Below are positions 23,300-34,204 of a DNA stretch of 64,000 bases, piece by piece. Location: the NCBI GenBank assembly GCA_013239625.1, contig MU053216.1, positions 2,198,943-2,262,942 of the forward strand, in the 5' to 3' direction. Both the position numbers and the translations under genes were made by a program. A model generated the notes under the pieces. It did not search any database. It was not told where the DNA came from and was given only the letters and a program-made list of their open reading frames with translations. This stretch comes from Lama guanicoe. Lineage: Eukaryota. How positions within the stretch are numbered: position 1 is the first letter of the stretch; each line of letters opens with the position of its first letter.

Positions 23300-26200
23300 T
23301 GTTTTTTTAAATGAAAAAATTAAGCTATATAAAGGTGACAGAACTAGCGTAATAAATACTCATTTACTCACGAAGTAGCTTAAGAGGCAGTGGAAGCCCT
23401 CTGTGCTCTTCCTCCATTGCTAGTATAGCGTTCAAAGTAACCGCTGTCTGAATTTTGTGATTATCTTCCCCATATATTCATTTACATAAATGTATACCAG
23501 TTTATTTCTAGGCAGTATATCCTACTGCTTTAAATTAAGTATTTTAAAACATGATTTAAATTAGGAATTTGTATAAATCTGGTATATGTCCTTCTGGAAT
23601 TTGCTTCATTATCTTTGTGAGATTTATCCATGTTGCCACAGGAGTTCCTTTCCATCACGTTGAAGTGATACGTTACAGACGGCAAGACTGTGGTATTCGT
23701 TACTTATTCATCCTCTACTTCGTAGGCGTTTTTGTTGACCCTGTTTGTTAGCTATTGTGGGGAACACTTAACGTGCTGGTTTTCTTTGTGCGTATCTTAG
23801 GTTCCTAGGAGTAGAATGACGAGTGGTGGAGGGGGGAGTATCTTCAGATTTAGGAGACACAGTTGTCCCTCAGCATCCAAAGGGGGTGGGCACCGAAATC
23901 CGTGCGTGCTTGAGCCCGTTACGGAGAACACTCAGCGGTCCGCCCGCTGCGTCAGTGGTGGGAAGGGGGTCTGTAGGTCCAAAGGTGTTTCCCCAGCCCC
24001 TGTGTTGATGTGTATTGACTGGTATTTCTGTTGTTCTGTGATGTACCTCTGTGTTGTCAAAGTTGTTTTTGTATTTATTTTTGTAAATCTGACTATGGAA
24101 ACTGCTTCCTCAGTGTGATTTTTGTTCGCATTTCTCCTTGGCATTGGCTGAGCGTCTTTTTAAATGGATGTGCCATTTGTTTGCGTCATCTGTGACGTGC
24201 CTGCTCATGGATTTTGTTCATTTTCCACATAAGAGCCCATTTTAAGTTACCTGTCGTTTTCTTATTGTCTTGTAGAAGTTCTTTACTTGTCCTGGCTGTT
24301 GATTATTCTCCTTTTACATGCGTTCAGAATGTGTTTTATAAGACTGAATCTTCTTTCTTCAATTTGAGTTGATGTCTTTTGATGAGCAGATATATTAAAA
24401 TATGAATACAGTCAAATTAATTTTTTTCTTTATGAGTTACAATTTTTTTTAAATAACTGTCTATTTTAAAATATACTTGCAGTATTTCTCAAAACCTCTG
24501 TTGAGATTCTGCATTATAATTACAGACTGAGTTTTAGAGAAATAATATTTAAATATATGCATACTCCTGTCTTTGAACATAATATATTACTCCTTTTGTC
24601 TTCTTTAACAAAGTATTTTAAGTAAGTTTTATATTTATTCCTTAAGATATAGCATATATTTTGTTAGATTTTTCCCCCTACATTCCATATAGTGTGAGAT
24701 TGTATTAATATTGCATTTATTTGAATTATAGATACCCTGTAAACAGTTTAACAATATTTTATATTCCAATCCGTGAACATGGTGTATCTTTCCATGTTTA
24801 GCGTCTGTTTAAAAGAGAATTTTATCCTTGTGTAGGAATGCAATGATTTTTATATACTGGTTTTTAAAATCAAATTTATTATTGTATAATTTACCTATGA
24901 ATAAAGCTTCTGTAAACAGCATGCAGATTATTGTGTGAACCTAAGATTTCAAATCAGTTGGGTAAATATCTTGGAGTATGATAGATTATATGATAAGGCC
25001 ATGTTTAACTTGTATTTGGTAGTGCAAGTTTCCCTCTAAGCTTGATTTTACTGCATCCAAAGCAAAGTTTAGTTTGTATTTTCATTTAGTTTGAGATGTT
25101 TTGAATTTCTTTTGGGATTTCTTCATTGACCCCTATGTTATTTAAAAGTGTGTTGTGTATAATCTGCAAATATTTGGTAATTTTACATTATCTTGCTCTT
25201 ATTGATTGACAATTTAATTTTATTGTGGTCTGAGAACATATTTTGTATGGTTTTTGTTCTTTTAAATCTGTTATGCTTTATTGACAAAGATTATGGTCTA
25301 TCTTGGAATGTTCTATGTGAGCTTGAAAAGAACGTGCACTCTGCTGTTCCTGACTGAGTAGGAAGGACAATGAGATCAAATTGGTTAATAGCATTGTTCA
25401 GGTTTTCTACGTCCTTACTGGTTTTCTGTCTGCTTGAGTTTCAATACTGACAGGTGCTGACATCTCCAACCAGGTTAGTGGATTTGTCTACCTGCAGTTT
25501 TTTTCCTAATGTATTTCGACACTGAGTTGTCAGGTTCATACACATTTTGCATTCAGACATACATGTTATGTTTTCTTAGAGGATTAGCACCTTTATCGAG
25601 ATGTGGTGACACCCTTTATCTCTGAGAATGTTCCCTGCTCCCAAGTTTGTCTTCATCTGGTACGGTGGTCCCTGCTTTCTCTGATTAGTGTTAGCACAGC
25701 AGTTCCTTCTCCATCCCTTTATTTTAACTTGCTTGAGTTATATTTAAAGTGGTTTTCCCGTAGACAAAAATATAGCTGGGGATTTTTTAATCTACTCTGA
25801 AAATCTATGTCTATTAAATTATTTAAGTTAAAGTGATTATTGACATAGTTGGATTAATATTATACTGTGTTTGTAACTTTTTTCATTGCCCTTATTCTTT
25901 GTTTCTTTAAAAAAAAAAAACTCCGTTTTCAGACTCCTCTTGTTTTACTGAGCATTTTATATGATTCCATTTTATTTCTTTATACAATATCAATTACACT
26001 TCCTTTAAAATTATTTAGTGCCTGAAGTTTACAGTATACGTTCTTAGCTCTTCCAAGTCCGTCTTCAAACAACACTTGACCACCTCACGTGTGACGTGGC
26101 TGCCTTGTAACTGACCGCTCCTGCCTTCCGCTCGCTGGCTTTTATTTTGTTATCTGTGTACTAGAGCGACTCGACTCTGTCGTCACTGTCACTAGCTTCT

Positions 26201-27900
26201 GCTGCATAACAAGCGACCCAGAATCCTAGTGAATTAAAACAACACAAATATACTGTTTTTCATGATTCTACAGGTCAGTTGATGGTTTGCTGGTCTGAGC
26301 TGGTCTCTGCTGGTCTCCGCCAGGCTTGCCCACTCTCCGCGGCAGCTGGTGGGCTGTCTGCGTGAGGGCAGGGAGCGGCTGGCTGGTCAGGGACAGTCTC
26401 ACCGGGGTGAACTGGCTCTTCTCCTTGAGTTCTTACTTCTCGCTAGCAGGCTCGTCCGGGTGTATTTTCATGTTCTCTCATGTGTGTCCTTATGGCAACT
26501 ACAGAGAAGTGAGAGGGGGAGAGAAGGGGTGGGCATAAAAAAAGGAGGAAGAAGACAAGGAGGAAAATAAGAAAAATAAGAAGAAACACTTGAACTCTTC
26601 TTAAAGGCTCTGCTTTCATCGCATTTGTTGTCCCTTTGGCCAGAGCAGGTTAGGCGGCAAGTCCGCAGAGCGTGGCAGGGGCACTGCCAGAGCCGCGGCG
26701 GGTTCGGCGAGGTGGGGAGCCCTCGGGCTGCCAGTCTCCCAAGGTGCTTGTCCTTACGTTTACTCCTGGTGCCACCCCTGTGTGCCTGCTGACGAGGTCT
26801 GCGGTTAACGCTTTTACCTGGTTTCCTCGTGAACAACCTAAGATGATTAAACTCTTCAATTTCTATGAACCCCCATTGTCTTGTCATGTTCTTTTGTTCT
26901 AAGTTTTCGACCCCATGTAAGGTATTATTTTGTATAGTCAACATTTCCTCCATCTTCCCTGCTTTCACTTGTTCCTTTGCTCCATTTCTTCTTGTTTCTT
27001 GTTCATTGTCTCTTGAATAACTTCCATCCTCCTGAAGTGGTTCTTTACAGCTTATTTTAGGGGAGATCTGTTGGAGGTCAATCTTTCGAGATGTAAACTG
27101 AATAAAAAGTGTGTACTTTCTCCTTGTTGTTGATGATGTTTCTGTGGTCCTCTGGCTTGGAGTTTTGCTGTGAAAAACTACGCTGTTGATTTTATTACCC
27201 CCTTCCTAGTACTGCGTCCTCTTTCTCCGAGTGCTTTGAAAATCTGCCTTCCTTTCCCGTCTGTTTCTTCGGAGGCCTGCGGCGCCATTCTCGTGTGTCT
27301 AGGTGTGGGTGTCTTCTTTTTCCTGCTTGTGTTTCCCAGGGATTTTTGAATCTGAATTCTCAGTCATATGCTTATTGAATACAGCATGACCCTCAGTTTT
27401 CTACACTTCCGTTACTGCGGTTAGACATGGTGTTCCTTTTCCATGTCTGGTAACTTCTTACTCATACTTTGCATCTTTCTGTCTCCACAGTTTTCCGGGT
27501 TAGTTTTTAGGTCAGCTGTCAGCTGTACCTCCCGCTGCACGCAGTCTGCTGTGTCATCGTCCAGTAAGCTTTTAATTTCAGTGATTATATTTTTTTTTCT
27601 TTAGGATTTTTTCCCCTAACCTGTGTGGGGTTCTAAATAGTATCTTAAGATTTTTGTGTTTTTGAAAGATCTCTGTTTTTAAAAAATGTTTTAAATATAC
27701 CTGTTTTATTTTTTGTAACTGATTATCCATGATCTAAAATCTTTGGGAGTCAAAATCATGTTTGCTTCTTGTGTTGATTTAAGTTTCATTCACTTTCCAT
27801 AGGACTTTGATTGCTTTTTCAATTTTATAAACATTAAATATAATATTATACAATATTTTAAGTTATTTTCACAATCTTTTTCGTAAATACACATTTTTGT
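23300..27900 (-). mobile_element. Cluster of old antisense L1 fragments (L1ME/MC-like), interrupted by an MLT1 LTR
   Basis: 3' UTR motifs (tttgtgagatttatccatgttg), ORF2 motifs (tatggtctatcttggaatgttctatgtgagcttgaaaagaacgtg) and ORF1 motifs (tgtgtctaggtgtgggt); several elements, boundaries approximate. Confidence 0.6.
26187..26740 (-). mobile_element. MLT1-family MaLR solo LTR
   Basis: tgctgcataacaagcgacccagaatcctagtgaattaaaacaaca...tcatgattct...ttggccagagcaggt. Confidence 0.7.
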
Positions 27901-29388
27901 TCTGTTAATGAATAATTTTATCAACTTTGCTTTGCAAATATTTGAACTAGACATGTGAACTGCTTTTTCTATTTAGAAGAATTTCTCTTTCAAATCCAGT
28001 TGAGTGTTTCCTGACCTCACCATTTTGTGGCAAGCAATATTGAAAGATAAAGAATCCTTTGGACTGAACATTGTACAGTTGAAAAGCTCTACCTGGTACA
28101 GATATGATCCAAATTGTATCCTGGTCAGTATGTCGATACCGATTTTATTTTGAGTTTTACTCTTTGGAGGGAGGAAAACAGCAGCCAGGCACCGGGCTGC
28201 CCTCCTTGGAGCTCACATGGCTCTGTGTGGAGACACACACACACCACTAGGAGGAACGCTGATAACCTGATGTGTACACACCACGCTTGTGCATGTGTAC
28301 CTGTGTACACGTGCGCTTCCGCAAAGTACAAGAAAATCACTTAATTTAAATTAAAAAAATTATATGTTAAAAGGCCAGAAAGTCATTTTACCCATCCTCT
28401 TTTCTTCCTCCTATTCCCCAAATAAAATAAATTACCTGTGGGCTTTTCATTCACTTAACCGTTGCTGTATAATATTTGAGACTTCAGGGTACTTCGTTAA
28501 TGATCAGCTCTGTGAGTGGAAAGTATCTCCCACACTGAGCTGCTAACAGGGCGTGGAATTGAGGAATAAACTCTATTGGGTGGTTTCAACCAGGGAAAAC
28601 ATGGATTAAATTTTGAGGTATTATGTAATGAGAGACAGTCTCTGGAACTGAGGACTGAGATATATTTTAAAAAGTCACTTGAAGGAAGTGGTAGTGGTGA
28701 CGATAACAAGGAGAAATGGAACAAATCATGCGCTTTTCATGAGGCTGCGTATTCTCAGGACGTGGTAAACATTCTCTATAGATTTCTTCGGGCTCTTGCT
28801 CAGGCTGTGCTGTATTTTAGATCATTAATCTGGAGTAGGTTTTCAGGAAAATTGATGTTGATTACTGGTTTTCTTTTTCTTTGCTGCACAAACAATAATA
28901 AATCAGGAATAATGGAAATCTAAAAATAAAAAGGTAAACACGATTTTCCCGCTTCTTGTTCATATGCATGTACAATTTTGCATAATTGTAATTACAGTGC
29001 TTTCTGATTTTTCTCTCTGCGTTTCTGTGTCTCTGCATTTCTCTTATTGTTCAGCGTTGTCCTCATTTTTCGTGGCTTCATCATATTTTACCTTTGGGAT
29101 ATGGAATCGTTTACTTAACTCTCGCTCTGTTAGTGGTGAACATTTATGTTGTTAGAAAGTCTTCATTTTGCAGGAAGCACCGTTATTTGTCCACCCAGCA
29201 TCCATTTTCCTCTGTTTCCTTTCTGACAGAAGCCCAGTTTTGTACAGATATGCACGCATCTTCTGTGTGGCTCAGGGGGAGATGGGTCCATCCCGAACCT
29301 CAAGGTGGAGCCGGGTTTGACAAGGCCTGCCGGCGCCTGGCGTTCCTTTGGCGAACGTCACCAGTCTGGGTCCGCAGGGTGATGTGAT

Positions 29389-29600
29389 CAGACCGGGGAT
29401 CGGCATCCCTGTGTGCCACTTACCAACGATATGGCTCTAGGGGTGGTATGTAATCACGCTCCCGTTTCCCCCATCTGCAAACTAACTATATAGCACCTAC
29501 ATCGTGGCTGTTTGAAGTATCAATAAGTGAATGCACCTTAAGTCGTAAGTCAGTGTGTAAACGTGCAGTGTAGCACTGGCACACAGCAGGTGTTCAGTGT
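29389..29600 (+). mobile_element. MIR SINE
   Basis: tgccacttacc...gtttccccatctgcaaa...tagcacctac...ctggcacacagcaggtgttca. Confidence 0.7.
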
Positions 29601-29904
29601 CACCTACATTCTTCTGTCCCTTGTACAGTGTCATGTCCTCGGAAAACAGCCCGAGGTAGGATTCCTTCTATAGTTAGCACACACGTGTGTCTGTGTTTAG
29701 ATGCGAAACCTAGAGACCTTGAACCATTAAAATTTAGACCTAGGGCCATTATTTACTTCATATGTCAAAGCAGATCCAAAGGGGTAAAGGAAATTCACTT
29801 AAGTCTGTTAGTGACCAGTTTTCACTGGCTCTCCAAGTTGAGTGCTCTTTCTTTTAAAATTTACAAAGACAACACCTTAGTATAGTGTTGTTGTCTTGTC
29901 TACC

Positions 29905-30240
29905 CATCTATTCATTGAAAACTCACTTTTAAAGCACCTGCTCTGGGCCAGGTGTAATCCTAGCTTCTGGGGAATTCAGGGCACGAAACAGACTGAACTT
30001 CATTTAACTATGATGGGAAGCCACTGACTGGCTTTGTTTGGGAGAGAGGCATGGTATGTCCTGTTTAAGAAGAATTGCTCCGGCTGCTCCGCGAGACGGG
30101 ACTGCAGGGAGATCAAGAAGGTTGCGGGGAAGGGCGCTGGGAGGCTTGACGAGGGGTGGCTGTAGCTTGGGAGAGAGCGGTGAGTGGAGAGCAGGCGGGA
30201 AGTACAGGGATTCAGGCTATGGTCTCCTTGCTGAAATTTT
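29905..30240 (-). mobile_element. L2 fragments
   Basis: gcacctgctctgggccagg...gatgggaagccactg...tgtttaagaagaattgctccggctgct. Confidence 0.6.
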
Positions 30241-32635
30241 AAGCAGGGTGTATGGTAAGTGCGGAGTGAAGATGCCCCCCTGGACCCGTGTCTCCACGCC
30301 AGCCTCTAGGAGGTCACCGCCGAGTGTGTACCGTCACCAAACTGCTGCCTGTGTTAGTCACAGATAGATTAGGTACAGATGAAATAATTTTTTTTCGATT
30401 TATTTGCAGTTTTTCCCCCTTGTTTTATGTTGCTAACTCCTTTCCTGGAGCTGAGTTGAGACTTAATGAGGATTTGGAAGTCAGAAACAACCCACCTCAC
30501 AGCTGGGCTTTGGTAGAAACAGTTGCTTCAGACAACAGGCGAGCAGACAAGTAACATCGTAGGGGAGCTCTCGCTCTCTCTCTTTTCTTTTCTCCGTTCA
30601 GTTGGGCGAGTGCCGTTTCCCAGGGTTGGAATGTTTGTTTCGTCCCCTTTTCTTCTTTTTCCTCCTGTTAAGACTTCGGGCTGGAAACCAGCAGAGGGCA
30701 CTGATAACCCTGCACATGCAGAGATCTCACGGAACCATACAAACAAGCAGAAAGTGGAGCAGGGTTGTAAGACAGGGACCGTAGCACAGCGCAACTACAG
30801 AAACGCAGTTTGGGGTTTGTTTTAAGAAAGTCAAACTACACTTCTAACGGGCAGGACCTTCCTCATCCCCCCGTGGTGCATTTGAACTTGGGCTCCTAAA
30901 GATACTCTAACATGCACAATAAATGATTTTGGTAGAGTGAAAATAGCTATTTAATAATATTTTCTCATCTAATTATTAATTATTTTATTTGATTCAAAAT
31001 GTTCCCAGACTGAAATCGTCTGTGTAAGTTGGTTAGAAAATTGAAATAGGCTTGGTTTGATTGTATTTTTACTTACCTTTCAGATTGCACATATGTATAT
31101 GTGTAGTCAAAATCTTAAAAAGTATTCAAAAGGTTATGTACATATAAAATAAATAATTTTTATTGATGGGTGGGGAAAGTGTGAATAACAAATGTAATTT
31201 GCAGTTATTATTTGTTCTTGTTAAAAACTCAGACGGATGCAGGTTTGAATTTGAATTTCTAACAAAATGTAAACAAGCAGAAATATTCTAGAATTAATGC
31301 ATTTGTTTATTCATTTATTGTCAGAGGGAATTCAGCCCCTGTAACAGCCATAGAAACTCACCCCAAAAAGAGTAATGCCAGATGATCAAGATATTTGATC
31401 AAGTCATCTGGCATTACTCTAGAAGAATAATGTATCATTTTTCTCTAAGTCAGAGCTGCTGTCATAAGGAACTCTTCTGGTGTAATCCTGACACTTTTCA
31501 GCTATGCAAAAAGTCTTTCAGGATTTTACTTACCAATTCTACTAAAATGACTCACTGTATACATTGCAAATGTTTTTTGGAAGCTAATATCCAGATGCTG
31601 AGCACCATTTTGTGTGTGTGATGGATTTCCTAGTGTCCTAGCAGACTTTTCAGAGCCAAGAAGTACTCTATTTCTGCTGCAGGGTAATGGGCTGCTTTCA
31701 TCAGCCACTAGAAGCATTAATGTTAGTGTCTCCTCCGAAGTATTGTATGCTTTCAAAATGAGGAAAAAATGGATTTTCTAAGAAATGTAGAATTCATTCT
31801 CAAGATGTTTTATGCTTTGCACATTGGGGAGTCTGTAGAAATGGTTAGTCTTATGTCACGGAAAACAGTTCTCTTTCACTGTGACCCGCTTTGAAGAATG
31901 AGAACCGCATTTTCCCCTTCATGGCGACAGTGCGACCGCGGACCCTGTGACACCTGATTCTGGGGATTCGTTTCCCATTCTTTGATGATTTAATGAGCAA
32001 CACTGCCACAATCCACACATTTTTCTTGGCTTGCTTCCTTGGTAGTAAGTAATGGGATGTGGCAATTCATGGCTTCCTGCCTCTGGATGGCAGTAACTCC
32101 TGCTTAAATGTTTGCAGCCCTTAACTGTGAGATCCTCAAGTAAGCATTTCCCGTCCTTTGTCAGTTTTCTTTCCAAAGAAAACACTAATTTTACTTAGTC
32201 TGAAATATACACATACATCTATAAATGTGCATACATCCATATCTGTCAAATTTATATATATATATATATATATAAAAAATACACATTTGCAAGCTAAGTA
32301 TGCTGGGTCTGTGTTTAGTGTTAAGAGTTGATAGTATGAACCCCAGGTTAAAAGGAAAACGAGGCCGCAAAGAGCTAACCTAAAAAAATTGGCACTTGGG
32401 TATTTCCATATGTTTATATGCGACTCGTTTTCCTTTTTACATAAATTAGCAAATGCTGCCGAGCCAACCGAGTTTCTTACCTCGAGACAACGGGCATCGC
32501 AGAGGCTCCAGGAATACGTCCAGGCTCTGGGAACGAGCGTGTCTGCCACGAAAATTATGTGCTCTGATTAATACAGCCCATCTGGGCTTTCTGACTGCGA
32601 CTTTTCATAGACACAGGGAATTAAAGGGCTTAGAC

Positions 32636-32945
32636 GCTCGATACCGTGCCGCGCACACGTGCGTGACGCGTGCTTCGCTCGGCCCCGCGCGGCGGCGGCG
32701 GCGGCGGGGCTCCGGGCTCCGACTACTCCGCTGCTTTCCCGGCCCCCCCCTTACTTGCTCTTTTAAACCTGCTCTTCCTGCCCTTTGAGTCCCTGGTCCT
32801 GCTCCTCAGCCCCAGACCCCCTTGCATGGCTCTCCCCGGGGTCTCTGGGCTCCGAAGCCGAGCTCTGCCCACTGCCCGAGGCCCCACGGCTGTGCCCCGG
32901 GGAGCCCGCCGCCCGTCCGGCCTCCGCGCCAAGCCACACCGCTTC
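32636..32945. promoter_or_regulatory. Small orphan CpG island with (GGC)n tract
   Basis: gcgcacacgtgcgtgacgcg (E-box CACGTG), cggcggcggcggcggcgg at about 32690-32707, dense CpG; no repeat origin recognised. Confidence 0.6.
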
Positions 32946-33011
32946 CCTGGGGGAGGAGGAAAGAAAGGCCACCTGAGATCTCTTTAACTAACGTCCCTCT
33001 GAGGATTTAAG

Positions 33012-33277
33012 TTTTTTTTTTTTAAATATACACATATATATGTACATAGATGTGGTTTTTCAGTATATACACATATATGTATATATTCTTTCTTTTTTAA
33101 TACAACTGATACTGTTTTTTTGATTTGTAAATTTATTTTAAATTTATTTTTTATTTTTTGGTGTGGGAAGATAATTAGGTTTTCTTATGTGTTTATGTTT
33201 TGGAGGAGGTACTGGGGTTTGAACCCAGGACCTCATGCATGTTAAGCATGCGCTCTACCACTGAGCTGTACCCTCCC
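33012..33277 (-). mobile_element. tRNA-derived camelid SINE (Vic-1 type) with extended tail
   Basis: Minus strand gggagggtacagctcagtggtagagcgcatgcttaacatgcatgaggtcctgggttcaaaccccagtacctcc has A and B boxes, then aacctaattatcttccc and an A-rich tail; candidate TSD 32999-33011 / 33280-33292. Confidence 0.9.
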
Positions 33278-34204
33278 TGCTGAGAATTCAAGAGTTTTTG
33301 AAAGTGATACATTAAGACCAAAATTCACTGCATAAATTATATGCGTGGATATGTCGACTTTTGATGTCTAAGTGAAGTGACGTCAGTTTCTGATGACTTC
33401 GCATAAACCACCTCCAAACCTTTGCTGGTTTAGTAGACGTCCCTATGTACTCACGCATGTGATTCTTTTTAACTCAGAAAAATGAATGTAATTTTTATGG
33501 CTTCTGGATGATAAATTTTAAAGTCAGTATTATTGCAATGATAATTCTCTTGTCCCCAAACGGAAGTCTAATTTATGAGAACTGGGCTGGGTTTCCTCTG
33601 GGAAAGAGTGGAGAGTCTTCACTCAGGGTAACTAATGATGGACACAGAAATAGCTGGAACAGAAAGAACCTGAAACCACAGGAGAATAAGGACCTTGGTA
33701 GAAAACTCAAGGGAAGAGTTGAGGGTCACTAAACCCAACAGTGGCAGAAGCAGGTATGGCATCTGGGGTCTAAAACTTACAATCGGAATCAGGTTTACAG
33801 GACGCAGGACAAGAGTCCAGCAAATAGGAAGGTGAGATGAGAGAAGGTCTCGAAAGTCGACTTGCGGGGCAGCTTCCCTGCTTCCTCCCTGAGCTGCAGA
33901 TGTAAATCCACACGGTCGAGCTGGGGCCACGCCCTGCTTATACACAGGGCGACTCTCATCCCTGCCCCAGATGGAGCGGCTGGCTCTGGGCGGCTGTACT
34001 TGGCGTCATCTGGCGTGGGCTGTTTCCAGAGCGCAGACACGGCTTCGCCCCCAGCTGAGCAGAACTGACCACATTGCCAGTGAAGGGAATTTTGTGGGTA
34101 GAATACAGGGTTCTGAAGATTTGTGTCTGAGCTGGGTCAGTGCCCGTAATAGTTTCCACCCTACCCACTTGTGAAGTCACAAGATACCTTTTCTTTCTTG
34201 TCCA

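Noticed and set aside
28576..28923. 115-aa ORF in AT-rich unique sequence
   Set aside because: Starts at TTG, no recognisable domain, no convincing splice boundaries
29629..29655. 27-nt plus-strand microexon candidate (cttctgtcccttgtacag...GAG|gtagga)
   Set aside because: Acceptor sits at the end of a MIR, donor is moderate and no peptide is recognisable; not supportable without RNA data
33205..33277. tRNA-like sequence with A and B boxes
   Set aside because: Followed by the SINE-specific tail and A-rich end and flanked by a candidate TSD; a tRNA-derived SINE, not a tRNA gene
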